DNA from: Camelus dromedarius
Lineage: Eukaryota
Assembly: GCF_036321535.1 (NCBI RefSeq)
Contig: NC_087437.1
Location: 99,388,001-99,452,000, forward strand
Direction: 5' to 3'
DNA length: 64,000 nt
Positions within the stretch are counted from its first letter, which is position 1. Each line of letters begins with the position of its first letter. Below the pieces are notes generated by a model. That model worked only from the letters and a program-made list of their open reading frames with translations. It was not told where the DNA came from and did not search any database. Shown here in pieces: positions 52,021 to 64,000 of this stretch. The translations under genes and the position numbers were made by a program.

Positions 52021-54924
52021 TCTAATTTTCTCTCTCAATCCATCTTTGTAGGTAAGTTATGACCACTAACAGGTCAGTAATTTCAGAAGTTTTCTATTTA
52101 TCAACCTGTCTAAAATACAGAAGTATTTATGTCAGTTATGAAGATTAGACAAAAAAGAGAGGGGCATCCATGGAAAATAATAGACCCTTTAATTTTTCTT
52201 TAAATATTTATCTTTTACATCAGGAATTAGTATAGTCTGTCTTCCTGACTTTATCTAATTTGCCTGAAGAAACATCTATATTTATTCTTTTATCCTTTTT
52301 CTAACAAAATATTTATATACTCTGATATATAATTGTCTGTTCATTTCTAAGTGAGTTCCTGACAACAGTTTTCTGAAAATTGCCAGACGGCTTTTAAATG
52401 TGTCTCTAACTCAGATTGGCTTCACTATCGTTGAACTTTTATAAAACTGAGATGAGGTATCATGAAGTAATTTATACTTTTGTCCTGCAAATCATTTAAT
52501 TTCTGGCATTTTTTCAGAAGTATTAGCCTACTTGACCTCTTGGGTGGGATTATTAGGAAGAAGCAAAAATGGAAAACCTGTGAGTGGAGAAATACACATT
52601 GTTTTACAGACAAGCCACTTAATTCCCATTTGACCTTTTACCAATTAAACTACTGTGGGTAGGCTATAGCTAAAATCTTTAAATATAAGTAATCAGTATA
52701 GATATTTGTCTAAATAATAAATGACTTAAAATCATAAGTGAATATGTTTTGACCTTATTGCTTGAAGAAATGTGTTCTGTGGTGGCATATTTTGACGAGT
52801 CTCTGGGACCTACTTTGTGACAATGAGTAGGATGATTTATAGTATGGTTCTACTTCACCTTCCCAATCACATGCACCCAAACACTATACACTTCAGTTTA
52901 TATGGCTCCCAAATTAGTTAATTAATCTGAGTGTCTATTTTTGGCCTTAATATTGTGCCATTCATTGGGAATTTAAACATGATTAATACTTGATCTCAGC
53001 CCTAACAGAAAGCAACTTAAATACACTGGTATCATGAGAGAAAACCACCTGAATACAACTCTGTCTACTTTAAGTCTAATACACATCTATATCATGAATG
53101 CCAAGAATTCTACAAGTTTAATTCCAGAATCTCATATACTTTCTGGGTTCTACTCTCATCACATAAAATGTGTTGGTGCATTGCAGAGAGAGAGCTTCAT
53201 ACTCACAAATACAGTAATGAACAGTACAGCCAACATGGCCAGGACACGATTCTCAATACTGACCTAAATAAAGAGTAAGTGGAAACAGACGAATCGCAGA
53301 AACCAGCTGTCCATCCTATTTATGAAAACAAAGACGCTGTTCACCATTATCATAAGATAAACCTCATTATCATATGATATCATTATCATAAGGTATCAGG
53401 TATTCAATTTAGACAATATTGTGTGTGTATGAAAGGAAATATGTGCTGAATACTAATTGAATGTTTCTTGCAGTTGGAAAAAATTATTTGAATAAACTGA
53501 TATTACACTGCTGAGAAATCATAAGCCAATCAAAAGTTTTGAAAAGCTTGACTTTGTCATCATATCAACCATACTGGACATAACACACAATTTTAGCACT
53601 AGAAAATCCTCTTCCCTACGCCATATAACCTGGAACTCTCCTTTCCTTCAACCAGTACTTCACAATTTTGAAAAAACATTAAAGCAGAATATTTACACAT
53701 GGGAGGTTTTCAAAGGACTTACTTAATATAAGGTATTTAATAAAAATACTTTTGGTTTTTGACAGATAATTTCTAAGCACTATTTACAAATTTATAAGCA
53801 CTGTCATCTTTCAATTTTAGAAGGAAAAATTGTCCTTTTATATGTTTTATAAGACACTATCTTGCCTTCCATAGCACAAAATTGTTCTTTAAAAATTTCT
53901 ATCTGAAACATTTAATTCATCTCTCTGGTCCTAGCTCAACTATCCTCCCTTTTGTAAGTATTTCTCTTCTTTCTGGAACATCTTTGCTCCCCACCTTTCC
54001 CTCCTTCTTGTCCATTTACTTTTTCTTCCCTTCTGTTCCCTTTATATTTTTATTGAGGTAAAAAAAATAGATGGCAATAGGAAATTTTTAAAATATATGC
54101 AGAATTCCTCACATTCTAAAGCTGTAGTAACTGAGTATGAAACTCGGCTCTGAACTTTCAACCATTTTTAAAAAATGACTTATTTATCTCTGTATTAAAA
54201 AATGCAAAATAAAATAACCTCTCACCCTTCTGAAAGGGGAAATGAACTTCCTGCTCTTGTCCATTCCTTTCTCTGAGGCGTAAAAGGTACATGTTTTATT
54301 ACAAGCCATATTTAGATTCCATTATTTCCTTGCTTTCCAAAAATTTTTATTTTTATTACTAACACAAGGTCACCAAAAGCAAGTTCCCTTAATTAGCATG
54401 TCACAACCTTCATATTTTTGTTAAGCATCAAATCCATTCTACTCAGCTATTGAGTGTGTATGTGTGTGTAAAACCCCCAGATGTTAACATGTGTTGAAAT
54501 AGTCATCTTTCAATACCTTGTTGTTACAGATGGTGGCCAACTATTGTGTTTGCTATATTAGTTTGTTTTCCCTTTAGTATGCTTTTTTCTCAAAGACATG
54601 ATAGAATCCCTAATATGCCCAATAGACTGCTCAGACTTGTGTTAATTAAAAAGAGACATCCTTTAAATATATATATATTTTTAAGAGACACATTCATGGA
54701 CCTAAACTATATTCCTTTTTAATTTTATTTATTATAATATTGAGTATTATTTATAATAATTAATAATAATTTCTTTTTCTACAACGGTAGCATTTCTATA
54801 TGACAGTTCTTCTATTGTGAGATATATATATATATAAATGTAAACTACATCATGCTATTTATGTCTATGATGGCAGACAGATTTATATTCAATTTTATAA
54901 CAGGAAAGCAGTTAACTTAAAGAT

Positions 54925-55055
54925 TACTTCAGATCACGTGGGGATGTGGTTAATATTCAGATTCTGATTCAGGTGTCTGGGATGGAGTCTGAAATTTTGC
55001 ATTTCTAACAAAACCCTAGAGGGTGCAATGCTCTGTTCTGTGGAGCATAGTTAGA
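54925..55055. mobile_element. MER5A/B hAT-Charlie MITE fragment
   Basis: cagattctgattcaggtgtctgggatggagtctgaaattttgcatttctaacaa. Confidence 0.75.
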
Positions 55056-55064
55056 ATGCACTCA

Positions 55065-55260
55065 GTGAGTTAGAGGACTCCTAACAAGGACTTCTAGTTT
55101 TGACTCTGCCCCTGATTCTGATCTTAACCCAGAGACTTATTCTTTTGATCTTACTCCTTATTTATAAAATGGGTGGAATCATGTTTCTCTTGCCTCTTTA
55201 TGAAATTGTTCTGTGGTTCAAATTAAATCAATTAACAGAGTGCTTTATAACAAAAGAGCA
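55065..55260 (+). mobile_element. MIR SINE fragment
   Basis: ttctagttttgactctgcc...ctccttatttataaaatgggtggaatc...attgttctgtggttcaaatta. Confidence 0.65.
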
Positions 55261-55424
55261 CAGGAGGAGACAATACAGATAGATATTTTCTCTTGTCCTT
55301 TAAATAGTATATTTTAAACCAGTAACCTAATTTCTGTTGATGTCTGCTTATTTGGCTTGAAATGATGGCAGTTTTAAGGTTATCTTTTAACAATTCTTTG
55401 TCCTCACATATCCTCCTCTTTTTG

Positions 55425-56190
55425 TTTATTCACTCATTTATTCTTCCAGTAAGTATTTATTATTTACTGTGCACCATATATTGTGCAAACTTCTGAAGAT
55501 ACAGTTGATTCTTTCCACTTCTACTTTTCTTTATTCTCGCAAATAATTTTATTTATTGATTTCAGTCTATAGTCTGTTTCTCTCTTTTCTTTCTTTCTCC
55601 CATTCAGGATAGAATGTTGAAATGATTCATCTGAAGGTTGTATTTTTTTCTCTTTGAATCAGTTTTACCCAGTTCAACAAATATTTGTTAGTTCTCCACT
55701 ATGTGGTAGATTCTCTGCAAAAGGAATATAAAAGTGAAGAAGTTACAGAAGAGACAGTCTTTTATCAAACCATTTGTATTGTACTTGGGGAATGGAATAT
55801 TTAACAGTTCCTCAAATCACTATAGTACAAGGCAGGATGCGACTAGCGTCATCAGACTTTGAAGAAGGCTATGTGAAAGGTGAAAACCACAGCTAATTTG
55901 AGGGTTTGTGAAGTCTTCTCAAAGATGACTTAATTGTGACAGAAGGAGATGAGAGGAAGCAAAGGGTAGATATTGCAGGTGGAGCAAATCATACCTTCTC
56001 CTCACTTTTGTTCATGTTGAATGACTTGAACAAATAATCTGAAATGGGCAAAAATTTCTCAAAATACTTTTTTAAGGTATGTATGAGGTAAAACTGGAGA
56101 TTCTCAAAGAAGTCACACTGTGATGGCCCTGAATGCTAGCTATCAGAGTCTGTACTTAGTCTAGGGGGCAGTAAGGAGTCTTTGAAAGTT
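55425..56190 (-). mobile_element. Fragmented L2 remnants
   Basis: attcactcatttattc...aagtatttattatttactgtgcacca and ttcaacaaatatttgttagttctccactatgtg, followed by purine-rich antisense L2 body. Confidence 0.55.
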
Positions 56191-56334
56191 AATGTTACTG
56201 TTGGATTTCCTGCCATGTGTTCAGAGTCAACCTTTAATTCAAGTGTGTGGAATTTAAACTCAAATCAGTTGTATGAACTGAGTTCACACAGAGCAGATTG
56301 GCAACCTCCAGGTAATCTTTCACCAGTTTTCATC

Positions 56335-56500
56335 AAAGCAGCATAGCATTGTGGTCACAGGTACTGGGCTATGGGAGGATACCTGGCTGCTGGGTAAGCC
56401 TCGTTCACTAACTTGCTGGTCTGTTGACCTTAGATAAGGCATTCACCTCTGTAAGTCTTATACTCAATGTTGGGAATGATACATTTCGCCTATTTTCAGA
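56335..56500 (+). mobile_element. MIR SINE fragment
   Basis: gcagcatagcattgtggtcacaggtactgggct...tgaccttagataaggcattcacctct. Confidence 0.65.
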
Positions 56501-57039
56501 GGTCTTTCATGGTGAGAGATAAATACAGTACATAAATTTGAAAACGTTAACTTTGAAAGTATAAAGGTCCATACAAATATAAGAATTCCCCTTTGAATTT
56601 TTTCTCTTCCTCCTCATCCCTCTTTGGGGAGGAGTATTGGAAGGGGTGTTCCAGTCTGCCTCCTCTTCTGTCTCCTTTGAATGAAATATCATCTTTTTTT
56701 ACTCCATTGTTTTAGGACTCACTATGCACTTGTTGAGAACACATCTAAAAATTGTCTTGTCTTACCCATTCTTTTTTAAAACCCTAAAATCATCCAAAGC
56801 TGCTTTTCTCTTTTATCCTGTAATGAACTTTTATGCATGTGCAGACTGTACTAATTGCATTATCATTCTGACCTTAGCTTAAATATCACCTCTTGAGATA
56901 TTCACCACTGACTGGTCGCCACACCCCACCCCCATAGGGTCACTCACCATCCTTTATTTGCTTTATGGCGCTTTTCATTACCTTAAATTACTTTCTTCGT
57001 GTATTTGCTTGTATATCGTGTGTCTCTTTAGTCAATAAG

Positions 57040-58150
57040 ATTTTATTAGTTCATTATGTGACATGACAGTGTGATAGGAACTGGTGATAGGAACATAGAA
57101 ACTGAGCCAAGGTGTATGTCCTTAAGGAGACAGACAGTAATAAATATTGACAACAATAATATCTATCTATACGTATAAATGCCAGGTGGTTAAAAAGAAG
57201 AATGTGCTATAAAGAATAGAGCAAGCAGAAGGGTTAGAGAGGAAAAGTTGTTCTGCCATTTTATGTCACATATTCAGGGCAGGGCCCCTGATTAGGTGCT
57301 ACTTATTCAAAGACCAGACGGAAGTAAGGGAGGGAGATGAGAAGATGTGTCAGCAAAAGGTGTTCCAGGCACCTTGGAAAGTGCTTTGTTTGTCTCTCTC
57401 TCACTATTCCTTCCTTTCCTTTCTTCCTTCCTCCTTCCTTCCTTCCTTCCTTTCTTTTTTCTTTCTTTCTCCTTCCTTCCTTCTTCTTCCTTCCCTCTTT
57501 TCTTCCTCTTCCTGCTGCTTTCTTCCTCCTTCTCTTTCCTTTCTTCCTTGCTTCTTTTCTCCCTTTCCTTCCTCCTTTTCTTCACCCTTTCCTCCTTCCG
57601 TCTTTTTTACTCTCTTCCTTCTTTTCCTTGTTTTAGTTCTTTCTCTCCTTCCTTCCTTCTTTCCCCTTTTTTATAACACAATAACTATTTATCTATTGTT
57701 TATAAATACATAATTGATAATCGTGTCCCAAAAGATCTCTGAGGAGACAATTTGAAGATCCTTGCCACAGTCCAGGTGAGAGGTGATGGTGGCTTAGACC
57801 AGGGTGGTAGTGAAGGAGGAGACAGTAAGTGGTCAGATTCTGGTAGCAATCTTCAGAGGAAGCACTGACAAACACTTTGTTGAATGATTGAGAAAATGAT
57901 ACATCAAGGATGCCTTCTAGGTTTTTAACTTGGCAAATTGAAAGTATAGCTGCCATTGATTGAATTGGAAATGGTTTCAAGAGGAACAGTTTTGGGAGTG
58001 AGTGTCAAATGTTTGGTTTTGGAAATTTAAGATTGAGATGTTTATTAGGTTTATCCAAATGGAAATGTCTTACAGAAAGTTGGATATTTGAGTCTGGCAC
58101 TCAGGAAAGCAGTCTGGATTAGAGAGATCAATTTGAGTATTATCTATAAA
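57040..58150 (-). mobile_element. L2 LINE (antisense), interrupted by a pyrimidine tract
   Basis: acagtccaggtgagaggtgatggtggcttagaccagggtggtagtg...atcaaggatgccttctaggttttt...tttgagtctggcactcaggaaagcagtctggattagaga; upstream part 57040-57385 is also L2-like. Confidence 0.75.
57408..57670. repeat. Polypyrimidine (CCTT/CTT)n low-complexity tract
   Basis: About 260 nt almost exclusively C/T on the + strand. Confidence 0.95.
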
Positions 58151-58439
58151 GAGAATATAGACTCCTGTTCTTCATAATCTAAATGGGCACTGATTACATA
58201 CCGGTTGTTCAAGTTTTTCACGCAGAGTAGAAAAGCAACGTCCTCACATCGCTATCGCATCTTGTTGAGACTGCAGAGTCAGATGTTCTCTTGGGACATT
58301 TTTTTAATAATATAATTTCAGTAAGAAAAATTTGCCATGAATTGATCAAAGCCCTACTTGCTCTTTCCCCAATTCAATTTCATACTTTGGCTTCTTGCTT
58401 CTTGGAACCAATCAGTTAGTCATCACTTCTTGAAATCTG

Positions 58440-58590
58440 ATTCCAGGACCGAGAACTGCCTGCACCAGAACTAAATTGGTGTATTGTAAAATGTAGAATC
58501 CTGCCTTCAGATACTAAATCATAATACTAGTCTAGGGGCCCAGGAATCTGCATTGTTAGTGGTATGCACATGAAGATTTAGCCACTCATA
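58440..58590. mobile_element. MER5-like fragment
   Basis: ctgcaccagaact...aaaatgtagaatcctgcc...actaaatcataatact...ggggcccaggaatctgcatt. Confidence 0.65.
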
Positions 58591-61394
58591 CTACAGCGGA
58601 TAAGTATAAGTATAGTATATCTTTCTAATCTTTTCTTAGAGTCTCCCACTTCAAAACCGTTTTTAAATCCTTGTTAAATGATTGTTTATATTGTTTAGTT
58701 AAACCTGCCTACTAATATTCTAGGTTGCTTAGATTAGAATTGAGTTGATTTCTGTCATAAAGGTTTAAATCATTAGTTAAATAATAGCAAAGCCAAATTT
58801 AATTAGTCCGGTTTTTCCTTTCAAAAAGTGTAATTTTAGGATATATTGTGGCTTTGGGAAATACTGTTCAAACAGGAAAACTTTGTTTCAATTGTAAATA
58901 TTGAATTGCTGTGCTACTTTTTAAAGTTTGCTAAATATTTCTGATCCCCTCCCTGTGCTAGGCACATAATAGAATTATTTTGCATTTCCTAGACCTCTTG
59001 TGATTTACGTGGGGCCAGAAAAGGCATTGAGGCCAATAAGTATTGTGCTTGGGGCCAGAACATTTAATTGCCAGTGTTCCTTCATCTTTCTTGTATCTTT
59101 CCCTGTTCTTGGATGGAATCTGCCCTGTTTTCCTACTTACCTGAGTTATTGCCAACCTGCAATAACGCTAAGTGTGAATTAGAAATCAGCTTTGCAATTT
59201 TAAGCCACTAGGATGGGAATTGGTTTTTACTGCAGCACAATTTACTTCAACTAGCAAGACTAAGTTACTTGAACCTTTGTTATCTCCCCTTCAGTAGGCT
59301 GATATCATGAATCGACCTAAGCTAATTTGATCTTACAACTTTGCTACGAGGTAGTTTGTTTAAAAAACAAACAAAACAAAAGCAAAACTTACAGAGCCAT
59401 TTTCTGCAAATGTATACACTTTTATTAACAATCAGGTAGGAAATCTGTCAAATAGCACATTCCAAAAATCTGGGGTGGTTTCTGTTCTTTTGTCCTTTTC
59501 AGCATGTCATCCAGCACACAGGAAAATTTCACTGCTGGGCAACACAGCATATTCTGGGGGCAGGAGAATGAGTCATGTAATAGTACCAGGTGAAGGAGCT
59601 GCCTTCTAAGTAAAGGGGTGGGTAAGAAATTAAATAGAATTCTACAGCTAGGGTGTCAGAGATGTCAGCCTGTTGTCCTTCAACTGAGACTCTTATGCTT
59701 CGTTCACATGGTGGGGATATGATTGCCCAGTATTTCTAGCCAGTCACACATCTTGATCACCATTGTCTCACCAATGAAAAATTGTCACAGCCCTTTGTAA
59801 ATTACCAGCCCCCCACATATAGTCACAGAGCAGTATTTGGAGATTCGTAGCATTTGTCACAGCTAACCCTGGGAGTGCAAACTACTGATCAGAAACCTCA
59901 AATCTTAACCAACTTAGGGAGTGATTTCCTGACCAGAATTCTTCAAATCTTAACTAATTTTTTTTTAAGTTTGTAAATTAACGGTAAACTAATGTACTTC
60001 ATACCATACTTACTGGAGCATTTTAAAGTAAATTAACAGGCACTAACACAATCAATTATGGATTTTAGTTTTTTTCCCCTTATGTTCTACTAGGAGTACA
60101 AAAAATAAATAAATAAAACTGAGTAGGAGTTTACTGTATTTTACTTAACAAATATAGATGTATTACTACTTGATTTTTAATAGTTTACTTTAGATTTTTT
60201 TCTAAATGTTTCTGTTATTTATTTTGGTACTAAATAGATCAAGAATTATTTGTAGTTATTTAAACCAAAAATATGTAATTAAACTGCTTACATATTGTGT
60301 AATGTTTTTAAAACAAAAAAGACTACACTGAGTTAAAATGAAAATCTTGAAACATTGGGTTAGAAGTTTAGATTCTGCTCTCCTCTTTCTGCATATTCAT
60401 GGTCTGGAAAGAAGACTAGACTTCCTTAATGTTTTAGTTTCCAAATATTTTGCCAACTATGAATGAACTAGGTCAAAGGAGGAAAACATTCTTTCTACAG
60501 CCTACATGAGTATTCTGCTATTTGAAAAACTGGACTAGCCCGTTAATCATGTTGTTAATATTGTAGACTCTCACTGAGTTGAAATATAGCTTGTAAAACC
60601 TCATCAGTAAGCATATGTTTTCCAAAATCTTCACCTCATTTTAAATTATTTTAGTTACTGCTATGGATGAATAATTTCTGAATGCTTATGACAGCAAATA
60701 ATATTGGTAAGGAAATTAATTGTAAAGAGAGCATATAAAATGATTTATTTTAAAATGTTGCTAAAATATAGCATTTTAGATATTAAAAATTTAGACATTA
60801 GACTTATTTTTGATGATATATTTTAATATTAACCTTTAAAAATGTATTTAAAAAGTAAAATTCTAATAATAACCCTGTGATTCAAAAACTTTTTTATATG
60901 AAATTCGAAATATTAAAGCAATTAATTGGTGGAGTTTTGTAGGTTTACCCGTATGACAGTCTTTTGTCTATAAAATGTTTGTGGTATTTTGTAAACAACT
61001 GTAACGATCAAACAGCAACAACACAATTTGACTTCAAAGTCAATTTACATAAATTTAACTTTGGACCTGTTTCACATTTTTATTAACTTTAACCACTGTG
61101 AATTTTGATGTTTGGAAGTTGTATATTTCCAAATTTAGAAAGCAGACCTACAGTGAATTGGATTGATTACTCCTAGCAATGTATTTTATTGATATTATTG
61201 ATACTATTATTGTGAAGTAGTTTTTAGGGAATCTGAAAGATAGATTTTATTATAGGGAAGGTGTTTCCAACTGATAGCATGTAATGTGCAATGTTTAAAT
61301 CTTTTACCCCCCCCCCCATTTTAATGAGAATATTTTGGTTTTAAGATTTTTTTAATAAATGTAAATTGAACACTTTGTATGTTAGTTCATAGAA

Positions 61395-61610
61395 TTTTTT
61401 TTTAATTTCAGCTTTATTGAGGTATAAGTGGCATATAAAAATTTAAGACAGTTAAAGTGTACATCCTGGTGATTTGATATGTGGATATATTGTGAACTGA
61501 TTCCGCCATCTAGTTAGTTAATACATCCTTCATCTTACATATTTGTCTCATATATAACCTTTTTATTTTTATTGTTTTGGTGAGAACAGTTAAATTGTTC
61601 TATCCTAGCA
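61395..61610 (-). mobile_element. L1MA-type 3' end fragment
   Basis: cagctttattgaggtataagtggcatataaaa...aaagtgtacatcctggtgatttgatat...tggtgagaacagttaaattgttcta; flanking agttcat direct repeat at 61384 and 61611. Confidence 0.8.
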
Positions 61611-62629
61611 AAGTTCATGAAGATTTTTAATGATGACCATGTCTTTATTTATTTATTTTCCTTTCAGGTTATTGATCATTAAAAAGACACTGTAAGGGGA
61701 TGACTTGCAAATAACAGTAAGTCTTAATTATGTGAAAGACATATTCTAATATTTTGCTGTAACATATCATACCATACGTGGTGATTTTTTTCCCTTCTAA
61801 TTTTGTATGCTAGTGTAGGGCGCAGAATGTGACCAGAACTCTTAGGCCTCAAAACATATTTTTGTGTGAAGCCAAAATATTTTTAACTAAACTCTGCTAG
61901 TCAATAATTTTTGGACTTGGCAAGTTTCAGTACAGTCCTTTTTTGAGAAAAATCAACAGAAGTATTTCCCTTCTAATTCAATATCCTTTTTTTCCCCCTG
62001 AAACAGTTTTTCCTTTTGGTGCAAATGCTCATAAACTCAGAATTTTTATAGTAACAATAATATATTCTTTTTTTCTTTTACTGAGCTGAAAGTAATTAAT
62101 GTTTATGCTGGATTAAGCTTTTGTTGATCAGATATACTTATTAAATCAGATGAAATAGGTATGATAAGAACCCTTTTTTTATTGAGTTAGATGACCCTTG
62201 TTAGTAACACACTTACATCTAATATTTATATATTACCATTGCTGTTTCAAACCATGTATCTTAATGCTCCATGTTTATATTAAACTATTTTGCTCAGCCA
62301 TATGTTTTCTTCTGAAGTGGACATACATCATATGCAATGGACTAGAGGAAATATTTTGCCTTTACTCATGATTCATTAGAATAATTTAAAATATTTGTCT
62401 TGGCAAAATTATCAACCAATGCGTTAATAAAGTGTTATTTTAAAGTAACAGATTTACCTCCTCCACTGACATCAAGATATACTTTTTTGTTTATAACATT
62501 TCTTGCCCGAAGACAGCTGATACAAAAATATACTTAATAAAGATAGCCTCAAAAATAAAACACAGGAAAACAATGTTAAATTAAAAACAGCCAGTGAATT
62601 TAAGTATATGTTATGTGTGTTCACATACA

Positions 62630-62830
62630 AATACATACACATAGAGATTATATGGGTATGTAATAATATATCATTATGTAATTTATAGATATGTAATTAT
62701 ATGTTATGTAGGTATATAATAATATATAATAGATCTAAATAAATTATATAAATATATATAAGTAAATTGTGTGACTATATGCAAAAATTTAAATCTATAT
62801 AATTATATAGATATGTAATTGTAAAAGCAA
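62630..62830. repeat. (TA)-rich low-complexity region
   Basis: Repeated tatatagatatgtaatt-like units seen directly. Confidence 0.7.
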
Positions 62831-63189
62831 TATGTTGCAAAACTCAAAACAGATTTGCTGAAAAGAAGTTGCTAACCCTTTCCCCACCTTGGTCCCCTCC
62901 CCGTCTCTGAGGTAGCCTATGTCACAGTTGGTATGTGACTCTCTGCCTCACTCATGTGAGCTTCTATCTTCAGGCCCGGAAAGTGCAGATGCACATTTTT
63001 ATGTACTTTTTGTGTCAGAAGGGGTTTTTTTTTAATTGTTTATTTTTATAAACAAACTACCAAGAACATTGCTCTTCAGCTTGTTTTTCATAGCTGTCCC
63101 TTCAGGATAATATACGTAATATTCCTTATTATGGCAGATGAACTTCTATTTAAAGAAAACAAAAATCTGAATGAGTGCCCTCCTCCTAT

Positions 63190-63780
63190 CACAGCCCCAG
63201 GTTAGAAGGCACAGATACTGCCCCGAGCAGCAAATCTCAGTGATGTTTTAAGTCCAGAACAGACGGCCAGATGTAAATGACCCGAGGCCTGAGTTAGAGC
63301 AGGATATCAAGATTTAAGAAGTGAACAGTGGTGTCAAATAATGTGAAAAATAAAAATAAAGTTGGGTGGGAGTCTAGGGGGAGGATTTCTTCTATTTTAG
63401 GCTGGAGAAGGCTCTTCTGAGTTGGTAGCATCTGAGGAGAGATTTGAAAAAGTGAAGGAGTACCCTTACCACACATTATCTGGGCAAGAGCGTCTCAGCC
63501 CAAGGGAAGAGCGAGTTCCCAAGGAGAGAACACTGTTTTTGGAGAGCACTGTCTCCAAGGACAGAGCGCGTATTTGAGCAAGACCAAAGCGGCCAGTATT
63601 GGTGGGGGAGAGTCATGTGAGCTCTTGTTGGCTATGTTAAGAATATTGGATTTTTTTCTAAGTCAAATGGGAAGTCATTTTGATCAGAAGTGTGAATTGA
63701 TTTACATTTTTGAGAATGTACTTTGCTCCGTAAAGAATAACCTGAGAGAAAAGTGGGAAATCAGTTGAACACATAGAGTA
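63190..63780 (-). mobile_element. L2 LINE (antisense) remnant
   Basis: ggagaaggctcttctgagttggtagcatctgaggagagatttgaaaaagtgaaggagt...tgttggctatgttaagaatattggattttttcta...tgggaagtcattt. Confidence 0.65.
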
Positions 63781-64000
63781 CTTTGGAAGAGAAAACTGAC
63801 ATCCACTCAGTGCTTTTAAACAGAATGATTTGAATACCATGATGTTTGATTTATACTTTATTTAATATTCCCAGCAGAATAGAATAATATGTGTACAATC
63901 TTTAACACTATATTGGCATATAGTAATTTCTATGTAAGTACTGTTATCTTTACTGTTTTGGTCATCATTATCATCACCCTTGGCGTTATCAAAAGGCGTA

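Noticed and set aside
57307..57713. Four overlapping ORFs of 92-122 aa (K/E/R-rich or F/L/S/P-rich)
   Set aside because: Artefacts of the stop-free polypyrimidine tract.
1..64000. Repeated octamer (ATTTGCAT/ATGCAAAT) hits across the window
   Set aside because: Several copies are expected by chance at this AT content; kept only where they cluster with other motifs.
1..64000. CRISPR array, operon, retron or other prokaryotic/viral system
   Set aside because: The sequence is mammalian non-coding DNA with no long ORFs, no repeat-spacer array and no gag/pol/env remnants that I can recognise.

Overview
AT-rich mammalian genomic DNA, most likely camelid (camel/alpaca), judged from a tRNA-derived Vic-1-like SINE and a young 5'-truncated L1 with a camelid-type 3' end. 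No credible protein-coding gene, RNA gene, or prokaryote-style system is visible. The supplied ORFs are short and mostly come from simple repeats, transposon remnants or non-ATG starts. The window carries many ancient interspersed repeats (MIR, L2, L1M, MLT1, Tigger1, MER3/MER5/MER63/MER103). Two ~9-10 kb blocks (about 19.4-28.4 kb and 41-51 kb) show no transposon I can recognise. The best non-repeat signal is a candidate minus-strand spliced non-coding Pol II unit: a TATA-like box 31 nt from an Inr-like start at ~50248, exon 1 (50248-50126, AAG|GTAAGT), exon 2 (45384-45278, tandem GTAAGT donors) and a possible distal exon starting at 13722. It sits among clusters of haematopoietic-type motifs (RUNX, ETS, ETS-IRF, RBPJ, octamer, MYB). 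This layout suggests a lncRNA or miRNA host gene. A MIR181A1HG-like locus is a speculative candidate only, and no miRNA hairpin was recognised in the window. Repeat family names are by-eye matches to remembered consensus sequences and their boundaries are approximate unless fixed by a target-site duplication.
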